DNA from: Myxococcales bacterium
GTDB lineage: Bacteria; Myxococcota_A; Polyangia; Fen-1088
NCBI GenBank assembly: GCA_031398585.1
Contig: JANNNO010000415.1
Coordinates: forward strand, 1,430-65,429
DNA: 64,000 bases
Direction of reading: 5' to 3'
The position numbers and the translations under genes are program-made. The notes below the pieces were generated by a model. The model had not been told where the DNA came from. It ran no database searches and worked only from the letters and a program-made list of their open reading frames with translations. Below are positions 8,816 through 18,685 of this stretch, one piece after another (position 1 is the first letter of the stretch; every line of letters begins with the position of its first letter).

Positions 8816-9958
8816 CTAGACGGTGGTCTTGAGCCCGCGCCGCGACTTGCGCCGGTCGACCGCCAGATCGATCAGCTTCGAGACCAGCGCCTTGGGCGTC
8901 AGGCCCGACGCCTCCCACATCTTGGGATACATCGAGATCGCGGTGAACCCGGGCATCGTGTTGACTTCGTTCACGTAGAGCGCCTTGGTCGTGCGGTCGA
9001 AGAAGAAGTCGACCCGCGCCAGACCCGACAGCTCGAGCGCGAGGAACGCCTGCACCGACAGCTCGCGCACGCGTTTGGCGACCTCGGCGGGGATCTCCGC
9101 CGGGATCTTGACGTGCGAACCGTTGGGATCGACGTATTTGGCCTCGTAGGAATAGAAGCCATCGGCGTGGGTCACCACGACTTCACCCGGCTGAGATGCC
9201 ACAGGCTCTTCGTTGCCGAGCACCGCGCATTCAATTTCGCGCGCGTCGACGCCGGCTTCACAGATGACCTTGGTGTCGAACTCCAGCGCCGACTCGATCG
9301 CCCGCCAGAGGTTGCGTTTGTCCTTCACCTTGCTGACGCCCACCGATGATCCCGCATTGGCCGGCTTGACGAACATCGGGAAGCCGAGCGCCGCCACCTT
9401 GTCGACCGCGACCGTGCTGTCTTTCCACGCCGCCGCCGCCGTCACCACCTGCCACGGCACCACCGGGATCTTCGCCTGTGCCAGCAGCCGCTTGGTGACG
9501 TCCTTGTCCATGCCGATCGCCGACCCCAGCGTCCCGGCGCCGACGTAGGCGACATCGGCCAGCTCGAAGAGGCCCTGCACCGTCCCGTCCTCGCCGTAGC
9601 TTCCGTGCAACACGGGAAAGATGACGTCGTCCCGCCGCAAAATAGACAGCGCCCCGCCAGCGCCCTCTGCGGACTGCAGCTCGGCACTGGCCGCCTTCTT
9701 CTTGACCTCTTCGGGCCGCACCGGAACCGGAACCTCGCTCCCGGTGGCCTGCAGCTTGAGCAGCCGTGGGTCGCCCTTGGCATTGAGCAACGTCTCTTCC
9801 GGCTCGACCCGCCAGCGTCCCTGCTTGTCGATGCCGATCAGCAGAGGATCGAACCGATCCCGGTCGAGCGCGAGAAGGACGTTGCGCGCCGAGAGGATCG
9901 ACACCTCGTGCTCCGCTGAACGACCGCCGAACAAGATGATCACGCGTTTCTTGGTCAT
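8816..9958 (-). CDS. ddl: D-alanine--D-alanine ligase (DdlA/long type)
   Basis: [27 protein letters not shown]..., ATP-grasp blocks ...FPMFVKPANAGSSVGVSKV... and ...LARVDFFF...LYVNEVNTMPGFT. The ATG at 9958 overlaps the upstream stop (ATGA). Confidence 0.93.
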   Translation of the reverse strand: MTKKRVIILFGGRSAEHEVSILSARNVLLALDRDRFDPLLIGIDKQGRWRVEPEETLLNAKGDPRLLKLQATGSEVPVPVRPEEVKKKAASAELQSAEGAGGALSILRRDDVIFPVLHGSYGEDGTVQGLFELADVAYVGAGTLGSAIGMDKDVTKRLLAQAKIPVVPWQVVTAAAAWKDSTVAVDKVAALGFPMFVKPANAGSSVGVSKVKDKRNLWRAIESALEFDTKVICEAGVDAREIECAVLGNEEPVASQPGEVVVTHADGFYSYEAKYVDPNGSHVKIPAEIPAEVAKRVRELSVQAFLALELSGLARVDFFFDRTTKALYVNEVNTMPGFTAISMYPKMWEASGLTPKALVSKLIDLAVDRRKSRRGLKTTV

Positions 9959-12288
9959 TTCGCCACCCCCGTCATGCCGAGCTCTGCGAAGAGGAACGCC
10001 AGCTCATCCGTGTACTGTTCGATCACCTTGGCGAGAGGTTTACCCGCGCCGTGTCCCGCCTGGCTCTCGAGCCGCAACAGGATCGGACGCGGCGATGACG
10101 TGGCCGCCTGCAGCCGCGCTGCCATCTTGCGTGCGTGCAGGGCATCGACGCGCGTGTCCGATTCAGCCGTGAAGAGCAGCACCGACGGATAGGCAACTCC
10201 GTCCTTCACGCGGTGATAAGGCGAATACGCCCAGAGCCACTTGAAAGCATCGGGATCCTCGGACGATCCATACTCCGGGATCCAGAGCTGCGCGATCCGG
10301 AACTTGTGGTAGCGGATCATGTCGGTCAACGGCACGCCCGAGATCACCGCGCGAAAGAGTTCGGGTCGCTGCGTGACAGCGGCGCTGGTCAGCAGACCGC
10401 CGTTGGATCGCCCCGAGATCGCAAGTCTCTGCGGCGAAGTGTACTTCTCGCGGATCAGATGTTCGGCAACCGCGATGAAGTCGTCGAAGGTGTTCTGCTT
10501 CTTGCCGAGCATGCCGGCGCGGTGCCAGTCCTCGCCGTATTCCGCGCCCCCGCGCAGATTGGCGACGACGTAGATGCCACCCTTTTCCAGAAACGGCGCG
10601 ATCGACGCCGCGAATCCCGGCGTCAGGCTGACGTTGAAGCCGCCATATCCGTAAAGCAGCGTCGGGTTGGTGCCGTCGCGTGCGAGCCCGCGCTTGTGCA
10701 CCACGAACATCGGGATCGGCGTGCCATCTTTGGACGTCGCGCGGATCTGCCCGACCTCGAAGGCGGTGGCGTCGATCGGCGCATGCAGCGTCTTCCAGAC
10801 CGATGTCGCTTTGCTGACGAGGTCGTAACGAAAGATCGTCGTGGGGGCCAAGTAGGAGACGAAGCTGAAGAAGAGCTCGCTGCCGTGATGCTGCCCGGTC
10901 AACCCGCCCACCGTGCCGATACCGGTCAACGGAAGGTCGCCGCGGGCCACGCCCTCGCGATCGTAGAGCTTCACCCGTGACGACGCGTCCTTGAGGGTGA
11001 GCGCTGCCAGCGTATCGCCCACCACCGAGATCCCCTGCAGCGTCTCCTCGCCCTGCGGAATGATCTCCTTCCACGCCGCACGTACCGGGTTCTTCAGATT
11101 CGCGGTGAAGACGCGGTAGCGAGGTGCGTCCTCGTTGGCCACGATGTACAGGCGATCGTCGAGCACCTCGGCGACGTTGAAGAGGGCATTGCGGCCTGCC
11201 ACCACCGTCACCGGCGTCGGCTTTTTGGCTCGCGTGTCGATGAGATAGATCTCGTTTTTCGTCCAGCCCTGCGACACCTCGATCACCAGGTGGCGACCGT
11301 TCGGCGACAGCGAGACCGAGGGCCAGTCCTTGAGATCGCGGCCAGCGCCGAAGATCTTCGGGTCCTTCTTGGGATCCGTGCCGAGGCGATGCAAGTAGAC
11401 GTGGCGGTGATACGCCTCCTGTCCCTTCGGCACGGATCCGATGTCGGGGTAACGCGTGTAATAGAAGCTCTTGCCGTCGGGCATCCACGCGACCGATGCC
11501 GCCCGTGTGCGCGGGATCTCGTCGGGCAAGTCCTCTCCGGTCTGCACGTCGCGTACGCGCAGCACCGAGATCTCGTCGCCGTTGCTCGAAACGCCGTAGG
11601 CGATCAGGTTGCCGTCCTCGGACGGAAACCACCAATCGAGGCTCTTGGTGCCGTCCGACGCCAGCTGGTTCACGTCGACAAGAACGCGATCACGCCCCTC
11701 GACACCCTCGCGCACGTAGAGCACCGGCTGATTCTGTTTGCCGGTGCGACGGGCAGAGAAGTAGCGCCGGGTGCCGCCCACGCGTTTGCCACCTCCACGA
11801 ACCGTCGCCTGCGTGCTCTTGCCCTCCGAGGGCTGCGGCAGCCGCGCAGGCTTGGCGTCGGCGGTCGAGGCAGGTTTGGCCCCCGCCTTGAGGGGAGGAT
11901 CGCCGCCCTTGACCACCGGCACGCCGAGCGATCCGATCTCGTGCAACTGCCAGAGGCGGTCGGCGATGGCCTTGCGGCCCGGGACTGCGTCGAGTGCCCG
12001 TCGCATCGCCGCGTTCTGACCGGCCGTCCACGCCTTGACCTCAGCGTCGTCAGCGTTCTCGAGCCAGCGGTACGGATCTCGCACCTCGACCCCGTGCAGA
12101 ACCTCGACCACGTCTTCCTTGCGAGTGGGGACGGGCGCCGCCGCCTCCGCTTTATCCGTCATGAACAACGCTCCCGAAACCAAGTCCACAATTGCGCGAC
12201 CGAGCAGAAGCCCGCCAAGCGCGATGCCGAAGCCGCGCGTTCGACCCCAGCGCCGCACCTTCGTAACTCTCTCTTTGCGAGGATTCAT
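9955..12288 (-). CDS. Prolyl oligopeptidase (S9A) with an N-terminal membrane anchor/signal
   Basis: Track ORF 9955-13566 trimmed to ATG 12288 (MNPRKERV...). N-terminal hydrophobic segment [36 protein letters not shown] and the catalytic GRSNGGLL (GxSxGG) are present, with the Asp/His region ...ESDTRVD...AGHGAG. A low-complexity insert ([30 protein letters not shown]...) lies in the propeller. Confidence 0.9.
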   Translation of the reverse strand: MNPRKERVTKVRRWGRTRGFGIALGGLLLGRAIVDLVSGALFMTDKAEAAAPVPTRKEDVVEVLHGVEVRDPYRWLENADDAEVKAWTAGQNAAMRRALDAVPGRKAIADRLWQLHEIGSLGVPVVKGGDPPLKAGAKPASTADAKPARLPQPSEGKSTQATVRGGGKRVGGTRRYFSARRTGKQNQPVLYVREGVEGRDRVLVDVNQLASDGTKSLDWWFPSEDGNLIAYGVSSNGDEISVLRVRDVQTGEDLPDEIPRTRAASVAWMPDGKSFYYTRYPDIGSVPKGQEAYHRHVYLHRLGTDPKKDPKIFGAGRDLKDWPSVSLSPNGRHLVIEVSQGWTKNEIYLIDTRAKKPTPVTVVAGRNALFNVAEVLDDRLYIVANEDAPRYRVFTANLKNPVRAAWKEIIPQGEETLQGISVVGDTLAALTLKDASSRVKLYDREGVARGDLPLTGIGTVGGLTGQHHGSELFFSFVSYLAPTTIFRYDLVSKATSVWKTLHAPIDATAFEVGQIRATSKDGTPIPMFVVHKRGLARDGTNPTLLYGYGGFNVSLTPGFAASIAPFLEKGGIYVVANLRGGAEYGEDWHRAGMLGKKQNTFDDFIAVAEHLIREKYTSPQRLAISGRSNGGLLTSAAVTQRPELFRAVISGVPLTDMIRYHKFRIAQLWIPEYGSSEDPDAFKWLWAYSPYHRVKDGVAYPSVLLFTAESDTRVDALHARKMAARLQAATSSPRPILLRLESQAGHGAGKPLAKVIEQYTDELAFLFAELGMTGVAK

Positions 12289-13667
12289 CAGGCGCGCCCA
12301 TGCATGAGTTGGGTGATCTTGCCTCGAAGGCCCATCAGCACCAGGGCGGCGAACGCAGGCACCAGGACGAAGATGAAGAAGAAATCGGCCTGTCCGCCGA
12401 AAATCTGGAAGAGCTCGCCGCGTTCGACTTTCTCCACCTGGCCCGACAGCACGCCCGCCAGCAGGTCGGCGATGAAGAACGAGCCGAACCACATGCCCAT
12501 CATCAAAGAAGCGTACTTGGGCGGTGCCAGCTTCGTCACCATGGAAAGCCCGACGGGATAGAGGCAGAGCTCTCCCCAGGTGTGCAGGGTGTAGGTCGCG
12601 AAGAGCCAGACCGGACTGACTTTGTTGCCGCCCTCGGACAGCTTGGCCGCCAGCAGCATCACGACGAAGCCGGCCGAGACCAGCAGCAGCCCGAAGACGA
12701 ATTTCGTCGCCGTGCGCGGCTCCTTGCCCCGTGCCGCCAGCCGCGGCCACATCCAGGCGAAGAGCGGCGCACACGTCAGGATGACAAATGGGTTGACCGA
12801 CTGGAACGCCGAGGCCGGAACGTCGAAGCCGAGCATGTGCAGATCCGTACGTTCGGCCGCGAAGAAGTTCAGCGACGAACCGGTCTGCTCGTAAGCACAC
12901 CAGAACGCGATGTTGAAGATACCGAGCAGCACGATCGCCATCACCCGATCGATCTCTTCCCGGGTCAGTCGCTGCTCGCCCGCGAGGCCCTCGCCCTGCT
13001 TTTCCCGCGAGGCGGGTCGGTCGCCGATGTCGCCCAACCACCGTCGCTTGAGCGCGATGTAGTTGATCGTGCCGATCACCATGAAGACACCGGCCGACGC
13101 AAACCCCCAGTGCCAGCCATAACGCGGGCTTTGCGCCAGGCCCCCGCAGACCCAAGGTCCGAGCATGGCGCCCACGTTGATGCCCATATGGAAGATGGTG
13201 AACGCCGAGTCGCGGCGCGCATCGCCCTGCTTGTAGAGCTGCCCGACCATCGTCGAGATGTTCGACTTGTGAAAGCCGGTGCCGAGCACGATGAGGGCAA
13301 GGCCGAGGAAGAACATCGTCTTGCCCGGGAACGCGAGGCAGAAGTGGCCAGCGGCGATGATGAAGCTGCCGATGAGGATGGCGCGGTGGGTGCCGAGCAC
13401 ACGATCCGCGAGGTACCCGCCGAGCAGCGGCGTCAGGTAGACAAGGCCGGTGTACCAGCCATAGAGCAGCCCCGCGTCGGCCTTCGACCACCCGAAACCA
13501 CCCACCTTGCTGGTGAGAAAGAGCACCAGGAAGGCGCGCATCCCGTAAAAGGAGAAGCGCTCCCACATCTCGACGCTGGCCAGGAGGTAGAGCCCCCTCG
13601 GCTGCCTCATGGGCGGGCTGTCCGTAACGTTTCCTGCTGGGATCCCGGGGGAAGACGGGCTGGACAT
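12288..13667 (-). CDS. Proton-dependent oligopeptide transporter (POT/PTR2 family di-/tripeptide permease)
   Basis: Track ORF 12288-14738 trimmed to ATG 13667 (MSSPSSPG...). PTR2 signature EMWERFSFYGMRAFLVLFL and GGYLADRVLG, multiple TM helices. The stop overlaps the start of the peptidase gene (TGATG at 12286-12290). Confidence 0.9.
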   Translation of the reverse strand: MSSPSSPGIPAGNVTDSPPMRQPRGLYLLASVEMWERFSFYGMRAFLVLFLTSKVGGFGWSKADAGLLYGWYTGLVYLTPLLGGYLADRVLGTHRAILIGSFIIAAGHFCLAFPGKTMFFLGLALIVLGTGFHKSNISTMVGQLYKQGDARRDSAFTIFHMGINVGAMLGPWVCGGLAQSPRYGWHWGFASAGVFMVIGTINYIALKRRWLGDIGDRPASREKQGEGLAGEQRLTREEIDRVMAIVLLGIFNIAFWCAYEQTGSSLNFFAAERTDLHMLGFDVPASAFQSVNPFVILTCAPLFAWMWPRLAARGKEPRTATKFVFGLLLVSAGFVVMLLAAKLSEGGNKVSPVWLFATYTLHTWGELCLYPVGLSMVTKLAPPKYASLMMGMWFGSFFIADLLAGVLSGQVEKVERGELFQIFGGQADFFFIFVLVPAFAALVLMGLRGKITQLMHGRA

Positions 13668-13748
13668 CGGGGCGACGATGGAACGCGCGGCCGGGTTTTT
13701 CAAGGATTTCGGCGGCCTCGGCGGCCGGCGAGTAAACTGGAAAGGCTC

Positions 13749-14876
13749 ATGCCCGTGGCCAGCCGACGCCCTGTCAGCGATCGCAAAGGCTCCATCCTCG
13801 CGGGGCCGACCCGCCGCCGCATGCTCTCGGCCGGCTTGTGCGGGATCGCCGGCGCGCTGGCACCACGTAAGGCGCACGCCGATGCCCTGCGTATCCAGTG
13901 GGCGACGCGCGTTGCCGCGGGTGAACGACCGAAGCTGGTCCTGATTGCCAACGAAGCGCTCGACGGCGTCGAGGTCAGCGTGAAGGATGGGGGTGGACGA
14001 ACCACCAGCGCCAAGGTGACTGTCCTGCACGTCGGGGCCGAACACGTGGTGATGCTCCCTGCCCTGCCCGGCCGCCAGCGTTACACCGGCAGCATCGTCA
14101 TCCGGCGGGGCACAGCGGTACAGAAGCAGCCGATCAGCTTCGAGACCATCGTCGCCGGGCGGCTCGAGATCGCCATCGATCGCGCGCGCGTCGATCTGCC
14201 CAACCGCCGTCTCGAGGCCGTGCTCTCGCGACCGGCGGCGAAGGTCGAGATCAGCGTCATCGGCACGGCCAGCGGCACGGCCCTCGTCACCACCGAACAG
14301 GATCTCGGCGGGCGACCCGCGGGCAGCAAGCTCGTCGTCACCTGGCCGCAACCGCCCGGGCAGGCAGCGCTGGGTGAAGCCGACATCGCCCGGATCGATC
14401 TGCGCTTCACCGACACTGACGGCTTTTACGGCAGCGTCGCCCTTTTGCCCTGGCGAATCACGATCCCGCACGAGGAGATCGCGTTCGCCGTCGATTCGGC
14501 CACCATCGAGCCCGAGCAGGAGGGCAAGCTGCGCGCGTCGCTCGACAAGATCGCCGACGCCTGGGAGCACCATCGCGGCCTCGGCGCCGTGAAGCTCTAC
14601 GTCGCCGGCCACACCGACAGCGTCGGCACACCGGAGCACAACCTGCGGCTTTCGCGCGCGCGGGCGGCCGCCATCGCCGGCTGGTTCCGGCGGCGCAAGC
14701 TGGCCCTGCCGATTCTCTCGGAGGGTTTCGGCGAGCACGCGCCCCTGGTGCCGAGGCCCGACGAGACCGACGAACCGCGCAACCGCCGGGTCGACTACAT
14801 CCTCGCGCTCGAGGATCCGATCATCGCGGTTGCCACCGCCGCACGCTTCGTTCCGACCTGGCGCCGCGCCCCCTGA
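13749..14876 (+). CDS. OmpA-family (OmpA_C-like peptidoglycan-binding) protein with a Tat-like signal
   Basis: Track ORF 12300-14876 trimmed to ATG 13749 (MPVASRR...TRRRMLSAGLCGIAGALA). The C-terminal motif YVAGHTDSVGTPEHNLRLSRARAAAIAGWF...NRRVDY is present. Confidence 0.8.
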   Translation: MPVASRRPVSDRKGSILAGPTRRRMLSAGLCGIAGALAPRKAHADALRIQWATRVAAGERPKLVLIANEALDGVEVSVKDGGGRTTSAKVTVLHVGAEHVVMLPALPGRQRYTGSIVIRRGTAVQKQPISFETIVAGRLEIAIDRARVDLPNRRLEAVLSRPAAKVEISVIGTASGTALVTTEQDLGGRPAGSKLVVTWPQPPGQAALGEADIARIDLRFTDTDGFYGSVALLPWRITIPHEEIAFAVDSATIEPEQEGKLRASLDKIADAWEHHRGLGAVKLYVAGHTDSVGTPEHNLRLSRARAAAIAGWFRRRKLALPILSEGFGEHAPLVPRPDETDEPRNRRVDYILALEDPIIAVATAARFVPTWRRAP

Positions 14877-14907
14877 CTGGCCGGCGCGGGCGCGCTATCT
14901 TGTCGCC

Positions 14908-15768
14908 GTGCCCGAGCTGCCCGACCTGGTTCACGTCGAACGCAAGCTGCGCGAGGCGGTGCTGGGCGCCGAGATCGCTTCGGCCCGCGTCGGCGATCCG
15001 ACGGTCCTGCGGGTGATGATTCCCGAACCCTTCCCCGGCACCTTGACCGGCCGGCGCATCAGCAGCATCGATCGGCGCGGTCACTTCATGGTCTTCACCT
15101 TGGAGCCGTCGCTCGCGCTGGCGGTCAACTGCATGCTGGTCGGTCGTTTTGCGCTCGTGCCCCCAGCCGACAAGCTGCCCAAATCGCTCGGCCTCGCCCT
15201 CACCCTCGACACGCCGGCGGGATCGCAGGTCGACTTGCGCTACGTCGACGATCGGCGCATGGGAAAGATCTACGTGGCCACGCCCGAACAGCTCAAGGGC
15301 GTGCCGCAGCTGGGGACGCTGGGCGTGGATCTGCTCTCGCCCGCCTTCACGCTGGAAAATTTCCGGGCGCTGGCCAAGAAACGCCGCGACCAGGTCCGCC
15401 CCTTCCTGATGGACAAGAGCGCCATGGCCTCGATCGGCAACGCCTACGCCGACGAGATCCTGTTCGCCGCTCGTCTGCACCCCAAGACCTTCGTGCGCAA
15501 GCTGACGCCCGAGGACGTCGATCGACTCTACGCAGCCGTTGTCAGTGTCACCAAGAACGCGATCGAGGAGGTCGCCGCGCGCGACGAGCCGATCAACGTC
15601 AAGGTGCGGGATTTTCTCTCGGTGCGCGGCCGCGCCGGTGAATCCTGCCCCTCCTGCGGCACCACCTTGCGCGAGGTGCGCGTGGGCGACAGCGACGCCG
15701 TCTTCTGCCCGCGCTGCCAACCGGCCACGCGAACGTTGTTCGTTGACTGGAGCAAGCTCCCGAGTTGA
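14908..15768 (+). CDS. Fpg/Nei-family DNA glycosylase/AP lyase
   Basis: GTG at 14908 gives (M)PELPDLVHVERKL..., with the catalytic Pro at position 2 as in Fpg. H2TH region ...SIGNAYADEILFAARLHP.... C-terminal zinc finger CPSCGTTLREVRVGDSDAVFCPRCQ. Confidence 0.85.
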   Translation: MPELPDLVHVERKLREAVLGAEIASARVGDPTVLRVMIPEPFPGTLTGRRISSIDRRGHFMVFTLEPSLALAVNCMLVGRFALVPPADKLPKSLGLALTLDTPAGSQVDLRYVDDRRMGKIYVATPEQLKGVPQLGTLGVDLLSPAFTLENFRALAKKRRDQVRPFLMDKSAMASIGNAYADEILFAARLHPKTFVRKLTPEDVDRLYAAVVSVTKNAIEEVAARDEPINVKVRDFLSVRGRAGESCPSCGTTLREVRVGDSDAVFCPRCQPATRTLFVDWSKLPS

Positions 15769-15770
15769 GC

Positions 15771-16115
15771 TCAGCGCGCGATGGTCACGTCGACGCCGCA
15801 GGCATCCCGCGTGACGTCTTCGATCAGCTTCTTGAGCTCGAGCCCCTGCCCGCGATCATCGATCCACCGCTTGGCCTCCCCGTCCCAGTCGAGGTGCCAG
15901 GCGCGATCGCGGAAAGCGACCCAGAGCTGCCGCACCGGCGACTGCGGCGACAGAATGCAGCGGCGACCATCAGCGAAGGTGATCGACAGGGTGCCTTGCG
16001 AAAGCACGCTCTCGGCGACGTCGGGATCGACAGACTCGAAAGCCGCGTCGATCACCGCAAAGGTGTCGTCGATCAGGCGGCGATACTGGCTCTCTTCCAT
16101 GAAAGGCTCGGTCAT
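15771..16115 (-). CDS. cyaY: Frataxin homologue CyaY (iron donor/regulator for Fe-S assembly)
   Basis: 114 aa. ...YRRLIDDTF..IDAAFE...DVAESVLSQGTLSITFADGRRCILSPQSPVRQLWVAF..RAWHLDW... parallels E. coli CyaY block by block. Confidence 0.85.
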   Translation of the reverse strand: MTEPFMEESQYRRLIDDTFAVIDAAFESVDPDVAESVLSQGTLSITFADGRRCILSPQSPVRQLWVAFRDRAWHLDWDGEAKRWIDDRGQGLELKKLIEDVTRDACGVDVTIAR

Positions 16116-16158
16116 GACCGCGCAAGACTACCACCGCGGGCCGCAGCGTCGACCAAGG

Positions 16159-17226
16159 TCACGGCCGACGGCCAATCCAGCCCTTGCGACGGAAGTAATA
16201 GAAGATGCTGCCGCCGACCGTCGCCATGAACCCGAGGCACGCGTAGTAACCCCAGCTTTGCCTCAGCTCCGGCATGTTGTCGAAGTTCATGCCGTAGATG
16301 CCGGTGATCACCGTCAAGGGCATCAGGATGGCGGTGAACAGCGTCAGGAACTTCATGATCTCGCCGAGGCGCAGATTGGTGACCGAGAGATACGTCTCGT
16401 GCAGCGAGGTCAGCATTTCGCGATGGGTCTCGACCAGATCCGTCATGCGAAAAAGGTGATCGTAGATGTCGCGGAAGAGCACGGCATCGCTGGCGGGGAT
16501 CAACGCGAACTCGTTGCGTCCCAGGCGCAGCATCACTTCCCGCTGCTTGGTCATCCACCGCCGCAGCTGCAGCGAGGTGCGCTTGAGCGCCAGCAGCGCC
16601 GTCAGATCGTCGGCCACGGGGCGGATGAGGATTCGATCTTCGACCGCCTGGATCCGCTCTTCGACGTCGTCTCGCAGCGGTTCCATGGTGTCGACCTGCC
16701 GATCCAGGATCGTGTGCAACATGACCGCCGGGCCGCGCCGCAGGGGCCCGCCGTGATTGCGCTGTACCAGTTCGAGCCCGAACGCGATCGAGCGAGAGTG
16801 GCGCTCGTGATACGTGTAGAGGTAACGAGGTCCCAGGAACGCATCGAGCTCGACCGTCTCGGTCGCCACCGCGGTCGAGCCAGCGGATATACCGTGGGCG
16901 ATCACGAAGAGGTATTTGTCGAAGACCTCGATGCGCGGGTGCTCGCGCACGCCGAAGCAATCCGTGAGCGCGAGCGGGTGGAACTTGAAGACGTCCTTGG
17001 CGATTTTTTCGGCCACCGGGTTCTCGCTGCCCCAGGCGTCGAACCAGATAAACGTCTCTTTGTCCTCGAGCAGGGCCGGTAACTGATCGAGCGGAACGTC
17101 TTCCAGGAAGTCGTCGCCGCGTGTGGCGACGATGCGGATGTTGGCGCCATTGATGCCCGGTTTGTTGGTCGACGTGACCGCGCTGCTCAGCGCTTCGGCG
17201 ATCGGCTCGGGGACGGCGTGGCTCAC
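16159..17226 (-). CDS. corA: CorA-type magnesium/cobalt transporter
   Basis: C-terminal ...LTLFTAILMPLTVITGIYGMNFDNMPEL (GMN motif) followed by a second TM helix. I placed the start at an in-frame GTG 17226, 11 nt after the htrA stop; the track start 17316 would overlap htrA. Confidence 0.88.
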   Translation of the reverse strand: MSHAVPEPIAEALSSAVTSTNKPGINGANIRIVATRGDDFLEDVPLDQLPALLEDKETFIWFDAWGSENPVAEKIAKDVFKFHPLALTDCFGVREHPRIEVFDKYLFVIAHGISAGSTAVATETVELDAFLGPRYLYTYHERHSRSIAFGLELVQRNHGGPLRRGPAVMLHTILDRQVDTMEPLRDDVEERIQAVEDRILIRPVADDLTALLALKRTSLQLRRWMTKQREVMLRLGRNEFALIPASDAVLFRDIYDHLFRMTDLVETHREMLTSLHETYLSVTNLRLGEIMKFLTLFTAILMPLTVITGIYGMNFDNMPELRQSWGYYACLGFMATVGGSIFYYFRRKGWIGRRP

Positions 17227-17237
17227 GGCTCGGCTCC

Positions 17238-18668
17238 TCAGCGGGCGGGCAGCGCCGTCCAGTAGCCCCGGCTGCGGGTCTGGATCAGCAAGGGAATGGG
17301 CAGATCGCGCTTCCATTCCGTCACGCGCTTCGAGAAGTCCTCGGGCGTGGCGATGGCGTGGTTACCCACCCGCAGGACAATGTCGCCAACCTCGATGTTG
17401 GCATCGCGCGCACCGCCACCCGAGATCGCGCTCACGTAGACGCCGCGTTTTCCGGGCACCGTGCCCGCGCGTGCCGGCGGCAAGGCCTTCACCTCGAAGC
17501 CGATCGACACGTCAGGCTCGGGGGTCATGCCACGGCAGTCCTCCGCGTGGCGCGGAGGCGGCGGTTTGGCCGTGGGGCCCGCGCGCGTCACCACTTCGCG
17601 CTCGATCGGGCGGCCGGCCCGCAGAAGACCGAGCTTCACCCGGCTGCCGGGCACGGTCAGCTCGGCGAAGATGCGAAAATCGTCGCGGGTGGCCAGAGGG
17701 TGCGACCCGAAGCTCGTCACGACGTCACCGACTTCGACCCCGGCCTGCGCGGCCGCGCTTCCGGCATCGACACTGGCGACCAGCGCGCCTCTCACGTTGG
17801 GTAACCCGAGCCCCGCGGCGAGCGCAGGCGAGATCGGCTGACTCTCGACGCCCAGATAGGATCGCGGTGCGTACCCCTTGTCGCGCAGCTGCGGCACCAG
17901 CAGCTTGACGACGTTGATCGGGATCGCGAAGCCGACGCCCGATGCCGGCTGTGCGCCGCCCCAGAATGCGGCGTTGACACCGATCACCTTGCCCTCGCCG
18001 TCGATGAGCGGCCCGCCCGAGTTGCCTACGTTGATGGACGCGTCGGTCTGGATGTAAAAGGAATAGGGCGGGTCGTCCCCCTCCATGCGATCGCCTTCGG
18101 ATTCCACCACGCGTTCGGTGGCCGACACGATCCCCGCGGTCACGCTGTGAGCGAAGCCGAAGGGGCTGCCGATCGCGACGACCGTCTGCCCCGCTTCCGC
18201 CTTGTCGGAATCGGCCAACGACAGGTGAGCCAGCGGCGCGACGTTGTTCGGTTTGATCAGCGCCAGCAGAGCGATGTCGGCCTGCTCGTCGATGCCGACC
18301 ACGCAGACCGGGAATTCGCGGCCATCATCGAGACGCACGCGAAGATCGCGCGACCCCCGCACCACGTGTTCGTTGGTGACCACCGATCCTGCGGCATCGA
18401 TGAAGAAGCCTGACCCGACCGAATAGCTCTGCTGCGTGCGCGCGCCGGCGCGGGCTTTGGCGCTGAGGCTGCCGCGCACGTGCACCACCGTTGCGCGCGC
18501 CTTGGCTGCCAGCTGCGCCAGATGCTCGTGAGGCGGTCGGGCGCGCGTCGGCGTCCGGTCGCGACCTTGTGCCCAGGCGGTCGTTGCCAAAGACAACGAC
18601 GCCACGAAGAGCAACCGGGCCGCGCCCCCTGCCACCCTGACCGACGACGACCGTAGCTGCCCTGGCAA
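17238..18668 (-). CDS. htrA: HtrA/DegP/DegQ-family periplasmic serine protease with two PDZ domains
   Basis: Signal peptide. Catalytic triad context ...TNEHVV..., ...DIALL..., ...INVGNSGGPLID.... Two PDZ-like segments (...GALVASVDAGSAAAQAGVEVGDVV... and ...GVYVSAISGGGARDANIEVGDIVL...). Confidence 0.9.
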   Translation of the reverse strand: MPGQLRSSSVRVAGGAARLLFVASLSLATTAWAQGRDRTPTRARPPHEHLAQLAAKARATVVHVRGSLSAKARAGARTQQSYSVGSGFFIDAAGSVVTNEHVVRGSRDLRVRLDDGREFPVCVVGIDEQADIALLALIKPNNVAPLAHLSLADSDKAEAGQTVVAIGSPFGFAHSVTAGIVSATERVVESEGDRMEGDDPPYSFYIQTDASINVGNSGGPLIDGEGKVIGVNAAFWGGAQPASGVGFAIPINVVKLLVPQLRDKGYAPRSYLGVESQPISPALAAGLGLPNVRGALVASVDAGSAAAQAGVEVGDVVTSFGSHPLATRDDFRIFAELTVPGSRVKLGLLRAGRPIEREVVTRAGPTAKPPPPRHAEDCRGMTPEPDVSIGFEVKALPPARAGTVPGKRGVYVSAISGGGARDANIEVGDIVLRVGNHAIATPEDFSKRVTEWKRDLPIPLLIQTRSRGYWTALPAR

Positions 18669-18685
18669 AGGTCGTCCCGTCCCCG

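Noticed and set aside
8816-9958. Ddl as a Van-type (D-Ala-D-Lac/D-Ser) resistance ligase
   Set aside because: There are no vanH/vanX/vanRS-like neighbours, and I cannot judge the omega-loop specificity residues by eye. I treat it as an ordinary long-type Ddl.
12289-13566. N-terminal 425 aa of the 1203-aa track ORF 9955-13566
   Set aside because: This part overlaps the POT transporter gene in another frame and is Arg/His/Pro-rich nonsense. The peptidase begins at ATG 12288, with a membrane anchor and the canonical DPYRWLE block shortly after.
12300-13748. N-terminal 483 aa of the 858-aa plus-strand track ORF 12300-14876
   Set aside because: It is antisense to the POT transporter and is highly charged, low-complexity sequence. 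The OmpA-like gene starts at ATG 13749 with a Tat-like signal.
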